NCBI RefSeq assembly: GCF_009834535.1
Contig: NC_045707.1
Location: 60,700,001 to 60,764,000, forward strand
From: Camelus ferus
Lineage: Eukaryota
Length of the DNA: 64,000 nt
Direction of reading: 5' to 3'
In this document: positions 12,595 through 27,000 of the stretch, piece by piece
Numbering within the stretch: position 1 is the first letter of the stretch
Layout of the letters: each line of letters opens with the position of its first letter
Notes under the pieces: generated by a model
Databases searched by the model: none
The model's input: only the letters and a program-made list of their open reading frames with translations
What the model was told of the DNA's origin: nothing
Position numbers and translations under genes: made by a program

Positions 12595-14430
12595 TTTTTA
12601 AATTAAAATTCTTTAATTGAGGTATAATTGACATACAACATTGTATTAGTTTGAGGTGTGTAACATATTGACTCCATATTTGTATATATTGTGAAAAGAT
12701 AACTATAGTAATTATACTTAACACCCGTTACTATACATTGTTATAGAATTTTCCTTCCTTGTGATGAGAGCTTTTAAGATTTCCTCTTAGCAAATTTAAA
12801 ATATGGAATACAGTATTATTAACTGTAGTTGTCATGCTGTACATTATATCCACATGACTTACTCACTTTGTAAGTGCAACTATGTACCTTTTGACCCCTT
12901 TCACCCATTTTACCCACCTACAACCCCCCCAGCAAATGACCAATCTGTTCTCTGTGTCTTTGAATGCAGTTTTTTTGTTGTTGTTGGTTATTTGTTTAGA
13001 TTCACATATAAAGGAGATCGTATGGTATTTGTCTGTCTCTGTTTGACTTACTTCACTTAGCATAATGTCCTCAAGGTTTATCCATGTTCTCACAAGTGGA
13101 GAGATTTCATACTTTTTTATGGCTAAGTAGTGTTCCATTGTGTATATACACCACGTTTTCTTTTTCCATTCTTCTACTGATGGACACTGAGGTTGTTACT
13201 GTATCTTGGCTGTTGTAAATAATGCTGCAGTGAACATGAGTGCATATATCCTTTCAAATTAGAGTTTTTATTTTCTTTGGATAAATACTCAGAAGTGGAC
13301 TTGCTGGATCATATGGTAGTTCTCAGTTTATTTTTTGAGGAACCTCCATACTGTTTTCTATATTGGCTGCACCTACTTACATTTCCACCAACCAGTGCAT
13401 GAGGGTTCCCTTTTCTCCACATCCTCATCAACACTTGTTATTTCTTGTCTTTTTGATAGTAGCCATTCTAACAGTTATGAAGTGATAGCTCATTGTGGTT
13501 TTGATTTGCATTTTCCTGATAATTAGCGATATTGAACATCTTTTCATGCACCTTTTGGCTGTTGAGCTATATGAGGTCTTTGTATGTTTTGGATATTAAC
13601 TCCTTATTAGATATATGATTTGCGACTATTTTGTCCCATTCAGTAAGTTGCCTTTTCATTGTATTAATGGTTTTCTTTTCTGTGCAGAAGCTTATTAGTT
13701 TGATGTAGTTTCACTTACTTATTTTTCCTTTTGTTGCCTTTACTTTTCGTGTCAAATCAAAAAATCATTGTCAAGCCTGATGTCAAGGACCTTACTTCCA
13801 GTTTTCTTTTAGAACTTTTATAGTTTTAGGTCTTACATTTGAATCTTTAGTCTATTTTCAGTTAAATTTTTTTGTACGAGTAAGATAGTGGTCCAGTTTC
13901 CCCAACACCGTTTATTAAGGAGACTGTCCTTTTCCCTATTGTATATCCTTGGCTTCTTTATCATAAATTAATTGACCATATATGTATAAGTTAATCTCTG
14001 GGCTCTCTATTCTGTATCATTGATCATGTGTCTGTTTTTATGCCAGTACCATAGTGTTTTGATAACTATAGCTTTGTAATAATAACTTTAGACTAAGGAG
14101 TTTAATGCCTCCAGTTCTGTTCTTCTTTCTCAAGATTACTTTGGTTATTTGGGGTCTTTTGTGGTTCCATACAAATTTCAAGATTGTTTTTTCTGTTTTT
14201 ATAAAAAAAAAATACCAGTGGAATTTTTAGAGGGATTGCATTGTTTGTAGTTTGCTTTGGGTAGTTTGGACATTTAAATGCTATTAATTCATCCAATCCA
14301 TGAGCATGTTATATCTTTTCATTTGTGTGTATTTTCTTTAACTTTTGTTAGTGTCTTAAAGTTTCCAATATACAGGTCTTTCACCTCCTTGGTTAAATTT
14401 ATTCTTAGGTATTTTATTCTTTTTGATACA
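12595..14430 (-). mobile_element. L1 (L1MA-like) ORF2 3' part and 3' UTR, nested in an older L1 spanning ~11600-14800
   Basis: ORF-track peptides 12863..13138(-) and 14102..14296(-) resemble L1 ORF2. Typical motifs: cttcacttagcataatgtcctcaagg, gaggaacctccatactgtttt. Confidence 0.88.
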
Positions 14431-14899
14431 TCCCTGATACATTTTTCTTTTTGTTTGTCTTTTTAAAATTGATTTATAGGAGTTTTTAACATGTTCTGGA
14501 CAACAGCTCTAATTGTGTTACATTTTCTTCTGAAAGTTTTTAAGTTTTGGTTTTTACATTTATATATTTAATTTCATAAAAACTGTTCTTTGTGTGTGGT
14601 ATAAGGGTAGGGACCTAGTTTTCCAACATAGATGACCAATTTTCCTAGTATTTTTAAATGAATAGTCTTCTCTTTTCCTACTTCTAACATGTATCTATGC
14701 TCTCCATAATCATGGGTTTGTTTCTGAGAGCTCTCTGTAAAGTTCTTTGGGTCAGTTTGTCTCTCTCTGTATCAGTAACCCATATTTTAAATTTCAGTAC
14801 TAATTTTTAGATATTAAAAGGATACTGGATTTAGTAACTGAATGAGCCACCACATATTTTATTATAATGAAGTTTCATAGAAATATAAAATTTGTTGAT

Positions 14900-16000
14900 C
14901 TGATTCATTCAACAAAATTCTGCTGAACACCTTCAGCATGCCAGGATCACGCCAGGACTTAAGGATTTATAGGAATAAAAGGCAGGCAAAACTCTCTTCT
15001 CTTATGGAATTTATGGTCTCATGTAGAGGGCAGACAATAGACAAATAAATGATATAATTTCAGATAGTGCTAAGAGCTACAGTGAAAATCATGTAGGGTA
15101 AAGTGATAGAATATAACTGTGGCAGAATGGGCACTGACCAAACCAAACAAAACCAAACCAGAATTAATAAATTGTGCTGTATTAAAATTAAGAACTTTTT
15201 TATCAAAAGACACAATGGATGGCTTTTCTAAAGAGATGACATTTAAACACAGATAACAAATGATGAGAGTGGTCAATAAGATGAAGACCTGGGTAGGAGA
15301 ACTCCAGGTAAAGGGGAAAAAAGATACAAAGGCTGAAAGATTGGGGCAAGATGCCATGTTTGAGGAATATCAAGAAGGCTATATAGCTGGAGCCAAGTGA
15401 ATAAAGTGGAACGTGATAGAGAATGAGGTTGGAAAGATAAGCAAGGGCCAGACTGTTGAATCTTTAGGCCATGGTACTTATTGCAGGCATAATGGAAAGC
15501 CATTGTGGGTATTTCTGCATGCTGCAGATCTGACCTATGGTTTACAAAGATTGCTCAGGTTTCTGTATAGAGAATGAACTCTACACAAACAAGGAGAAAG
15601 ATGGTAAGTCTAGAGACTAAGTAGAAGTCTGCTGCTGTGACCCAGTGGAAAGGTAATGGTGGCTTGGAACAAGCTGGTAGTTGTGAAAGTGGAGAGAAGT
15701 AGGAGGAGTCCAGAAAAATTTTAAAGATCTCACAGAAGATTTGGTATGAAATGTGAAAGAAAGAGAAAAATCAAAGAATACATCTACGGTTTTTGGCCTG
15801 AGAAAGAGGGGGAGGGGAATAGTGATTCCATTAACTGAGATGGGAGAGAGGCAGGTTTGGAAGATAAGCAGAATCAAGAATTGTTTTGAATAAATTGAGA
15901 TGCCTGTAAAATAATAGAGATGATTATAAGGCAGGTAATTGTATATGTGAGTTCCTGAGTTCAGGAGGAGATTAAAATTTAGTAGTCATCAGTGTATGGA
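14900..16000 (-). mobile_element. L2 LINE fragment
   Basis: attcattcaacaaaa...tgccagg, followed by a purine-rich antisense L2 body. Confidence 0.7.
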
Positions 16001-17064
16001 TTCTTTTTTATGGACTTGATGGGAAAATAAAATTTTTATATTTTGGATGATAAGTGAAAGTATTTTTTAATTTTTACATTGAAATTTAAGGAACTAAAAT
16101 ATGATTTTGAAAACTAACACAATTGAAAATATTACAGCAATATGATTTAAAATGTATGGTAATTAAAAATGTGAATATGAAGTTCTGGTTAAGTTAAAAA
16201 TTAAATAAATGGAAGACAGAATTATTCTCTTGAAATAAAAACTAAAGTTTTGTAGGCTGCAAGACAGGTATATAAAATGAAAGGATATAGAGATCCCAGG
16301 GCACTGTAGACTTGCTCACGATTGCCCTACTCCTTCACTGAGTGTTTTCTCTTTTCTGTCCCCTGTGGAACTGGGCATTGCTCTCCTCTATTAGTAGCTT
16401 GGCCAAATGGCTGAACAGCAGCCTTAAACACTATTTAGGTTGATTGTTGGGGCAGCAATCTTTTAAGAGACCAGACTTTGGAACCAAATGGTCCTGTGTT
16501 AGAATGTTACCTGCTTACTCTTAGGCACAGCAGTCTCTGAACCTCAAGTTTCCCCAAGAAACTTGAATCAAGAATCATACCTACCTTCCATGAAAATTAG
16601 AAATTAGAGTAGAAATTCTAGGGAATATAAAACACTGTTTTATGCTGCTACTAATTTGTATTTTTTCTGATTACAAATGAGATTGAGTATCTTTTCACAT
16701 ATTTATTGACCATTTGTATTTCTCCTGTGAAATGACATTGTCTTTGCTTATTGCTCTATTGGTGAATATATAGAGTTAATAACACAATGAAAGGTCAACA
16801 GTAAACCTGGGTGTACCTTTCATTATCAGAAATGTACTTTCATTTTTATGAGGTCTATAATTTGTATAATTTAACACATACCTATAAATTCATTCTGAAT
16901 TGAAAGCAACCTAAAAATAAAACAGTTACATTAATTTATTAAGGTATTGAGTTGGTAAAATGAATATAACCATTGAGGCCATTTCAGTCATAGTTCTAGT
17001 CCATGTTATTAACTATGCCATTATATAAATCCATGACTAATTCTTTTTCCCTTCTTTCCTTGAG

Positions 17065-17202
17065 CTGTGGTAGCAAACAGTGACGATACTCAACACCTGA
17101 CACCAGGAAAGATGAGTCAGCGCCAAGGGAAAGAATCCTTTCCGACGCCAACCAAAGATCTGTATCAGCCATCTTTTAGTCCATCAAGTCCTCTTAGCCA
17201 GG
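17065..17202 (+). CDS. OSBPL8: OSBPL8 exon (TVVANSDDTQHLTPGKMSQRQGKESFPTPTKDLYQPSFSPSSPLSQG); contains the ORP8S start codon at 17112
   Basis: Branch-point-like gactaat at 17035-17041, pyrimidine tract, tgag| acceptor and CAGG|gtaagg donor. 138 nt, phase 1-1. Confidence 0.96.
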
Positions 17203-17451
17203 GTAAGGAGTTGTGCTTTTAATGTTTTTTTGTTGCTTTTGGTGGTTTTGTTTTGTTTTGTTTTCCCAAGGAGAACAATGATAGTTGGGAGTCTAACATA
17301 ACTTTTTTCTTTTTAACTATTTGGTTTTATAGGGGTTTTATTTGTTTTGGTCATCCATAATACTCTTGAAATGAGTACATTTTCTTTTAGAGTCCTTTAA
17401 TCCCCCTTATATTCTCCAGCATACTTGGTTAGTTATAACATTCTTCTAATT

Positions 17452-18410
17452 CAGTGATTCTCGAACTTTCTCATCCCAGGACTCCTTTATACTGTCAAAA
17501 ATTACTGAAGACCCCAAAGAACTTTTGTTTATTCTGGGTTAGTTAACCTTTTGATACTTACTGTATTGTAAGTTAAAGCTGAGATATTTTTAAAATATTT
17601 ATTCTTTTTTTTATTGAAGTTTAGTTGACATATTATTATGTTACAGGTGTATAATGTAGTGATTCACGATTTTTAAAGGTTATACTCCATTTATAATTAT
17701 TACAAAATATTGGCTATATTCTCTGTTTTGTGTAGTATATCCTTGTGGCTTATTTTATACATAATTGTAAAAAATGTTTACTCTTAATTCATTAAAAATT
17801 ACAATAATAAACCTATCACATATTTTTATGAAAAATAAATATGCCCCCCCAACAAAAAAGAAGTTGAGTGAGAATGAGCAGAGTGGTATTCTTTTCCCTC
17901 AGGGTTCCTCAACCCTGGACCTATTGACATTTGGGGACTGGATAATTCTTTGTTGTAGGGGGCTACCCTGTGCATTGTAGAATGTTCAGCAGCGTCCTTG
18001 GCTTCTACGCACAAGATGCCAAAAGCATTTTTCCTGATTGTGACAACTAGAAATATCTCTAGACCTTGACAAATGTCCCTTGCGGGATAAAATTGTCTTT
18101 GGCTAAAGACTACTATTTTACAGTTTCTGCAAATCTCTTCAATTTATGTCTAGCTTTATTGCTTCATCAACGACATTTGTAAGTGAAACTGGCTTTCTTG
18201 AATGTCAGTGAAGAAATCAATGACTACTGCTACAGTGTGGTGCCCCACCTTGATGTGTGCCAATGTGCCAGCAGTTTTGCCCAACGTTGCTCTTAAGCAC
18301 ACTCTTAGTGAAAATGTCAGCACAATGAAAAAGTATTATGAAACTAATTTTGACCTTGCAGACCCTCTAGAAGAGTCTTGGGGATTCCCAGGGATTGTGG
18401 ATCTCTCTGA
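17452..18410 (+). mobile_element. Charlie4a-like hAT element with a nested L1 3' end (~17604-17765, minus) and MER20 (~17899-18112)
   Basis: Start cagtgattctcgaactt...gactcctttatactgtcaaaaattactgaagaccccaaaga; MER20 motif ttgacatttggggactggataattctttgttgtagggggct. Confidence 0.7.
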
Positions 18411-19149
18411 CTAATTCATAATTGATAAGTTTTGCATATTGGATTCTGCTCCTTAGCTAAAGTTTAATCAAATGCCTTGAAATCTCCTGTGGTACTACTG
18501 ATAGCTGTTGTGGAAAAACTTCTGCTTTTAAAACTGAGAACTTAAACGTGGTGTTTGAAAGCTAATATGTACTTAGGTTATCAAGTATTTTTAAAAATTT
18601 AGAGTCTTAACTACACTACCGTATTATACTATCTGTACAATTAGGTTTTGTTACTACTTTATGAATTATCCTTTGAAAGTAGGCTTTAGTTACTTATTTT
18701 TTAAATGAATATTAACTGGTAAATAGTAAGTTACATGATCATTTTCTATTTCAGTGGAAAATGTTTTCCTGGTCAAGTGTTGGGTGGAAACATTTTAATA
18801 TAGCGTTGTTGGAACTGGAGAAATTTTATGTAAAACAAGATAAAAACAGTTATTAGTATGTTAAAATTTATTGCTTACTTGTTGAACATAATTTTGGAAA
18901 GATAGCATTTTTGTTGCCAAATGCTTTTTTGAAGCTTGAAAATGGATATATGTTACACACTGGTCTAAGTAAGCTTAAGATAAAATTCTGAAAGAATGCA
19001 GCATGCATATTTTTTTCATTCTGTGCACCAGAATTTTGACTGTAATAAATATGGTTCATCTGATTCATTCATCTGTGTACTAGAATATTTAGAGGAATTC
19101 TTTAACTTAGAATTTAATGAAATAAAAAAGAGTTAGTTACTAATAATTA

Positions 19150-20320
19150 AAACTACTCTCATTTATATGTGTCATGAACATTTTCAGGCAAACAGGGAAT
19201 TTGAGAGAATAGTACAATGAACACTAATATACGTAACAGGTAAATTTAGGAAATTCTTTATCTTTTGTTGTATTTATTTTATTTACTTGTGAGTGGGGCT
19301 GGAATGTTTGGAGCAAATCATAGACCTCATGATGTTGTACCCCCAAATGCTTAATCCATCTCTAAAAATTAAGAACTTTTCTTATATAACCGTAAAACCT
19401 TTATTAGATCTAATAAAACTAATGATAATTATTTAATCTAAGCTAACAACTAGTTCATATTCAGATTTCCCCAGTTCTCCCCAAGTGTTTTGCTTGTTAA
19501 ACCAGGGTTTGTATATCGCATTTGGTTGTTGTCATTTTATGTCCTTTAATCCCAAAGAGCGTCCTGTTTATCCTTATTTTCTCTTGTTCCTTTGACTCTT
19601 TTGAGAAACTGGGTCAATGTCTGTATGGAGTGTTTGACGTTTTGAATTTGGTTGCTTGCCTCCTTGCAGTATCTCCTTGTTTAGTCTGTTTCCCTGTCTT
19701 CTATATTTTCTGTGAACCGGAAGTTAAATGCAAAGGCTTGATTACATTCAGGCTGAACATCTTTGGCAAGATTATGTTGTAGGGAATATGTACCACTTTA
19801 TGCTGCCTCGCATGAGAATTCACTTAATATCTGATCATCTCTTAGTGATGTGAGACTGATCAACAGATTCAGGTAGTGACAGCCTGACCCTCTTCATTGA
19901 AAGTTTCATCTTTTCTCCCCTTATTACTGAGAGTAAAATAGAGTTGGCACCTAATTAATATTCTGTTCCCCATCAGCTTTTCACCTAAAGGGGTCACCAC
20001 CCTTTGATAAACATTGAATCAACTACAACATTAGGTGTTGAAAAATAGTGATTTTCTAATTTTGTCATTCTTTTTACTTTTGTTACTGAAATTTTTCTGT
20101 AAGGAAGAGATCTTAATTGTCTTAGAGCTACTTATTAAATGCTGAAATGTAGTTCCCAAAGGAAAATGAAGATAAATGATTATTGCCTCCTAAATACCAG
20201 TTTTTATATTAAAGAGATGACATAAAGTCTACTTCCAGTGGTGACAAATTTTTTTGGCTTAAAATTTTTTAATGTCATATATAACTCTTGCATTTTAATA
20301 TATTCATTAAGTTTTAATCA
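19150..20320 (-). mobile_element. Old L1 (L1MC/ME) 3' region
   Basis: aaatcatagacctcat..., aaaggcttgattacattcagg..., tgattttctaattttgtcattc. Confidence 0.6.
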
Positions 20321-21004
20321 TTGGTAAAATGAAGATAATGTTAGTATCTATCTAGCTCAAAGGATTTTTTATAAGGCTTAAAATGTGGTAATACATATAA
20401 AAAGCTTAGAATTTAGCCTGATGAATGATAACCACTCATGATGGCTGATTGATAATAACCACCACAACAGTGATCATTACTATTATTATTTTAAGTAAAT
20501 GATTCTGAGTCAAAGGCTAATCTTTTGACCTTTGCTATACTTTTTATAGTGTCTTATAGAGGCTTATTTGGAAATTGTTTTGGTATGAATGGCCATATTC
20601 AACCTCTAATTTTTGCATCTAAAGCAGCCGTAGTGTTAGTTATATCTTGGTTTACACCTGAACATTCCTGGGTAAGTTATGGATAAGTTAATATTTGTAG
20701 AGTGAATTACATATTGAATGTACTTATTTGTTAAGGTCAACCTATTGGATTTCTGTAACACATAATATCTCCCTCTGGTTTACCTACTGAAATTCCATAT
20801 CATAGTTTTCAGGTGTCAGAGTTGTGTCTGAAATAAGATATATCCATTAATTCCAGGTTATGATGAAGATAAACTGTTGGAGATTAATGGATATCTAGAA
20901 AGCCTCTTTGATAGGTCTGCCATAACTCAGGTACTCTGGATTAGTATTTCAGCTTCTAAATGGAAAGAATTTGAGTTCCAAAAGCTTACTGATAGTAATA
21001 ATGA

Positions 21005-21205
21005 CTAACATTTAAAATTCCCCATGTCTCTTAAGTGCTTTTTATGTGCATTAGCTCCTGGAATTCTTGTTAGAACCTTAAGGTATATAAATTATTCTCC
21101 CTGTTTCACAAATGAGGAAACTGAGCTGTTGGTAAGGGTAATTTCCTTGCCCCAGTTTACACAGTAAGTGATAGAGCTAGAATGTGAACCTGGAGATGAC
21201 TCCAG
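21005..21205 (-). mobile_element. MIR SINE
   Basis: ctccctgtttcacaaatgaggaaactgag...ttgccccag...gagctagaatgtgaacc. Confidence 0.7.
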
Positions 21206-21319
21206 AATTTTATTTATTTTTTTAAGTTTCAGTCAATATAGTCATTAGATTTTTTGAGGCTCAAATTTTCCAAACTTTAACTCTGGCTCCTCTGTCTTTT
21301 GATATAAACCCGTTATGTG

Positions 21320-21920
21320 TACCATGCTTTATGTGGACTTTTTTTTTTATTTCTTTTGAGTAATATCTAGGAGGGCAGGTGTAGAATCATATGATAGTGT
21401 ATGTTTTACCTTATAAGAAATGACCAGTTTCCCAAAGTAGTTCTACCATTTTACATTTCTGTCAGCAGTGTATGAGCATTTCAGTTGCTCTATATCCTTG
21501 ATCTTTTTATTTTAGCCATTCTAATGGGTGTGTAGTAGTATCACATTGTGGTTTTAATTTGCAATTCCCTGCTAACTCATAACGTTGAACATCTTTTCAT
21601 ATGGCCACTTGTACATCTGAAGTGTCAGTTCAGATTTTTTGCCCACTTCAAAAATAGGCTTGTCTTATTATCTAATTTTTTAAAATATATTTCAGTAGCA
21701 TCCTTTGCTAGCAGTATATGTTGTATTTTCTTCCAGTTTTGGCATGTCTTTTCATTGTCTGAGTGATTTTTTTCAAAGAACAGATGTTTTTAATTTTGAT
21801 GAAATCCAATTTATTAATTTTTCCCTCTGACTTAAGCTCCCCCTTCTCCCATGAAAGAAATATTTGTCTACCCTAAAGTTGCAAAGAATATTTTTTGTGA
21901 TTTCTTCTAGAAGTGTTACA
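21320..21920 (-). mobile_element. Old L1 fragment
   Basis: ttttagccattctaatgggtgtgtagtagtatcacattgtggttttaatttgcaattccct. Confidence 0.7.
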
Positions 21921-23819
21921 GTGTCAAGGCTCTGGTCTTTATTTTCATTCTTAACGTCATCATCTGAGGTCAGGTCCTTATTATTCCATGCTTATATTAC
22001 ATAGTACCACAGCATCCTAACTTCTATTAGGACCTTACCATCTAGTATACCAGGCTCATTTTTCTTAACAAAATGACCAAGCAGAAAATTATTGTTGCGT
22101 GTTAAGGTGAGACTGTGATGGGGTTGGGGTTCTTACAGATGTATATGGCTAGAGAATACATGGATCCTATGAAGTAGGTCTCTGAGGGAAATGATGTGGA
22201 TAAAGAGAAATAGAAAATTACCAATTGAAATACAACTTTTGATTATTTAAGCTTGTAACTGAAAATTTCATTAGGTATCTATCTGCATTTACATCACTCC
22301 CGTTCTCAAAAGGTCAACGGCTGACTGTTGCCTGTCAGTGGCTCCTAAGTCTGACTGTGTCTGAGAATCACCTGGGAGCTTTGCTTAGATAAAGATTCCA
22401 CTCCAACATTTGAAAATCTCTAGGGTTAGGCTCTCCAAATGTATCTGATGTAGCAACACTTGAATCAGCAAGTGGAAACCAGCAACATAGAGTATAAATT
22501 ACAGATTTTGTATTCTGTTAGTCAAGGCTCTTAGTATTTTGGATTTTATTCTACCCTTCCAGTTTCATTTTGTATTTCCTCTCCTCATGAATCCAGCTAG
22601 ATGGCTTTCTTCACTGTTCCCATGAGACTGTGCTTTATTTATTCTCATTCTCCATCGTGGAATATCCTCTCCCTTCCCTTTGCTTATCTAAATTCTTCTC
22701 AAATCCCAAAGTTCTGTCAGTTAAAAATGGCCTCAGAGTAATGGTGAGATCAAGAATGCTTCTGTAAGATGTTTCGGTTGAGACCTCAGAAAGATTTAAG
22801 ATGGTGCCTCCCAGAGCCTTTCAGCAAAACAAAAGCACTTGGAAGAGTCTTAAAGGGATACCTTTTTAGAATCTCTCAGCTAGTCAAAAGCGCTTCAGGG
22901 CTCTTAAGTTGGCTGTCCAATAATTGGACAGCCAGCCCAAAGGAGAGAGTAGCCTATCTCGAGGAAATACTCTAGGAGAAAGATAGGAGAATTAACAGAG
23001 CAAGGCTCTCAGAGAAGGCAGCAGGGATGAGATCCAGTGTGAAAGTTAAGGGATTGATTGGACTAGGAATACAGCCCAAAAGTGGAGGAACCATGGTAGT
23101 GGAATTCCCAAGTAGGTTTAGGTTGGTATCAGTTTTACCTTGGGTGAGACTTTCTTCTGTAATGTTAGGCTTTGTGAGGTGTATGCAACAAATGAACAGT
23201 GGCAGAGAGTGTGGGATGCTGGCAATGCAACGGGGTTTAATGGATGAGTTGGTGAACTGCTTTGGTAGAGGGCATAGGATCTGTAGGAAGAACTGTCAGA
23301 GTCAGTAGACAGCTTAGAAGCATTGTGCAAGTGGCTGTCGGGCAAGGTACTCTTTCACAGAAGAATACCGAACTGATAAAGTAATTGAGGGTTAATGTAA
23401 AAGGAAGAAAGTTGTAGAGGGTAAATAGATGTTTTAGATTCTCAGGGCAGAGTTTTTTGTTTTTGTTTTTTAAATATTCCTCCATGCCTAGCATAGTACC
23501 AGGAACATAGTAGGTACTTGTGTGTTTAATAAGTGAATAAATATCTTTATTAAGTACCTTTTATATGCTGTGTCCAGCTGTTGTGAAGTTTACAGGCTCA
23601 TTTTTTTAAATGAATAAATGCAGTTTTGGGGGTGATCTTCATGTGCTGAAGCCCCTTCCCTAACATGGACCTCACATGTAGTATTCCTGTGTTTGCTAAA
23701 GAGAGAGTCTAACCGAGAGAGCGGATGACCATGCAGCTGAATGAGTGAATGAATGAATAAATAAGTATTTTTAAAAATGGCATTTGTTTTGGTGATATTT
23801 GCTGGACTCGTAGCTACCA

Positions 23820-24040
23820 CTTATTAAGCACTTACTGAGTTTGGCTATCATACTAAAAGTTTTCTGTGCCAAATTATATTTAACTTTTGAAACAGGTACA
23901 ATGTCTGCTTTATAAGCGAGACAACTGAGGATTAGGGACATTAAGAAATCTGTTCAAATTCACAAAACCAGTAATGTCAGAGACAGGTTTCAAATTCAGA
24001 ATTGTCAAAGTCTGAATAGTGTTAACTATTCCACTATACT
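23820..24040 (-). mobile_element. MIR SINE
   Basis: ttattaagcacttac...acaactgaggattaggga...ggtttcaaattcag. Confidence 0.6.
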
Positions 24041-27000
24041 GGGGTGAATTATAGTATTAGCTGTTTTGTTTTTTGTTTTATGTATGCTATGGTGTTAGAA
24101 ATTTATCTTTTGTCAGTGCTTTAAAATGGCAAAGATTCCCATTGCTCCTGTTTTCTGGCTGAGTCTTCTTCATACATTACAATTGATTCATACCAATTTA
24201 ATGTAGGTCCTCTTAAAAACAACTAAGTTTGTTTTTGTTTTTGTAGTAAGGTTTTCTTCCATCATTTTAGGATTTTTTTTCCTTTTATTTTTATTTTTTG
24301 GAGGAACTAGGGAGACTCTGGCTCTCCTCACTAAAACCCACACACATCAAGACAATCTTGTGTGTTATATGTTTAGATTATGATGATGAATCAGATTATT
24401 CCAAAAATTGTGTATTTACTAGATTTCCCCCCCAGTTTGAAGGCTGTTTACTTCAAAATAGTCTTAACTTAGATATGATTATGATCTCTTAAGTATTTGT
24501 CTTATGTTGATTTGTTTGAACATAATGTATTTCAGTTGTATGTCGAGAAAGAAAGACTTGTAGATTAATTAGGCTTGTTGTCTCCCTTCTGCCCTGTACT
24601 TTTGAATAAGGACGTGCTAAGCCTAGAGACTAAATTAGAGCTCATCTCACGGATGGATACTCCATTCCCTCTGGATCACATCTGAGATTGTTATCAAAGC
24701 TTGATGAGTTACAGTTTATCTTGTAGCTACCTTTTCAATCTTTGGTCAGAAAAAGCTATTTTCATGCTTTTATTTTTGAAAAACTATCTTTCAATTGTAG
24801 TGCTTTGTGAGAGAATATAAAATGTTGCTTTCCCAAAACTTACATAAATCCATTTCAAACTAATTTTTAAATGTTTAAAACTTTAAAAACTTTTAAAGGT
24901 GAAAGTTTTTCCTGCTTAATCACTGTTATCAAAATTAAGTTTGGACATGTTTGGTTTATTTAGATTTGAATTAAAATGTCTATGTTCAGTATTGTGTTTC
25001 TCTTATCCTTAGTAAATTCTCTTAAACCTGTGATGTCCCTTCACCTTGAATGCCCTGGCATTATTAAACATGACGTAATGGGTCTATATCTAGTATTTCT
25101 AACTTAGTAGAAGATTTTTAAAGTAAAGAGGGATTTTCTTTAACAAGAGAGTTTACTATTGTGCAGATGCCCTACCAGGTTCCCCAGGGTTTTAGTTTTA
25201 GACATTGTTGGTATAATCTCAGGTGACTAACGCAAAGTACCTTCATTAAAGTGGTTCACAGACAAAAGGAGACCTAGAAGTCAGTTTCCTCCATGAACCG
25301 AAGCAATTCCTTCCTTCCTTGGTAAGGTATTTCTTGGGTCAATTCTTAACATATGAGACCATACACACATAGGAAGTGTATTTTTGAATACATATGTTAT
25401 ATTGCATGAAAACTATTTTGCCTGAAAGAAAACTTGAATTTACCACCCACCCCCTGCCTCCACAGTGTCTTTTTTCCCCCCCTAGATGCTGTGCTTTGGT
25501 TTATAGCCATAGGTTGTTTTCTTTAGAAACAGTATAAATTAGAGGCTATGTTGATTTTCTTCTGAGTTTTTGAATCTTCAGTACATTAGATTTCTGAAGT
25601 TAGCTCTTAAGACATGGCTGTTTTCTGTTTTGAAATTCCTTGTGTTTAGTTAGTTGCTTCACAGAGCTATGAAAGTACCTATTAATATTAAATAATGAAA
25701 GAGAATGTAATATTTGGCAAGTTAAGAAAATAACAATAATATATTTTTCCAAAGGATTGTCAAATATTAACCTGCACCAGTTTCTCAGCTCTTTTCTGGT
25801 GGGATTTCTCTCTGTTTGTTTCCAAAGTCTGAGAGATTGAGATCTCCCTCTTAGCAAGAATGGTAATAGAGTTTCACTTGTAGAGTTAACTGGTACAATC
25901 TTCCTTTTGAGGCATGTAGAGGCAAGCCTTCTGTATTTTTAATAAATATATAGCAAGATAATATCAATTTAATTTACCGAAGTAATGTTTGCATAATTTC
26001 TGAGAGAAGATGAAAAGTAGTTTCATAGAAATTTTTCTGTTTTCATTTCTTTGGTTGTTGTAACTTTGAACATATATAAATTTTATTTAAGAATGAGACA
26101 GTGAAAGTTCAGAAAACTCACCTCTTTCCAGATAAAGGAAGATGAACAAATAGTACCTGGGGAGTACAGGGTTTTTCAAAGGTCTCCTCTATCAAGTTGG
26201 CCTTTTTGTAGTCTGCTTGGTATATAGTTCTGTACTACAAAGCAAGAACAAACCAAAAAGGATATTCTCAACACCTGCCTTCAAGAGTTTAATTTGTAGT
26301 TGCCAAGTTGAAGGACAAGAAATAGGGAAACGTAAGGAAACATGAACACATGTAAGTGAACTTTCAGTTCCCAACATGGCAAACTAGATGTTCAGAGAAA
26401 ACCTTTCTAGTAAGAACATCAAGCTGCTGAACACAGTGTTCTAAAAATTAGTTTTTAAAGTGTGGCTGACCTTGTCAGTTAAGTAGGAGGTGCAGGATTA
26501 TTGTGAGAGGGAATCCAGAGAGGTTATGAGCTCTAGAACCAGCACTGGAAGCAGCTATGACCGGCACTAAATTCCTGAAGGTCTAAAGCTTGAGCTTTAA
26601 CAAGAGAAGGGAGAAAAGCCCGTGGCCCATTTATGATGGAAATTTGGATTGTCATCTCTCCACCTGAAATTAGGAGTCCTGAAGAACAGCTCTTAGTAAG
26701 TGAAAAAAAGAAAGAAAGAAAAAGAAAAAGAAAGAAAGAAAGAAAAAACCTGTAAAATACACTCACAAAGGAAGACAGTGGTGTATTTGTCTATGTTAGT
26801 CTTGACTCAAAGTAGAATGAGGGAAGAGAGGGACTCCGCTTCAAAAACAGAAACACATACTTATCCAGGCATGGGGCCAGAATTCATACTTTCTCTTGGC
26901 AAAAACAGAAACACTCCCCTTCTTGTGTTATAAGTATCTTCAGGTGCCTGGAAGTATTGGCACAGATCCTCTTTAGAGGAGAGTATTTTAAACATAGGCC

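Noticed and set aside
25223..25321. Exon-like signals (tgactaac, cacag|, ttg|gtaagg)
   Set aside because: There is no pyrimidine tract, intervening AGs follow the branch-like motif, stops occur in the required frame, and the internal ATG gives the wrong phase.
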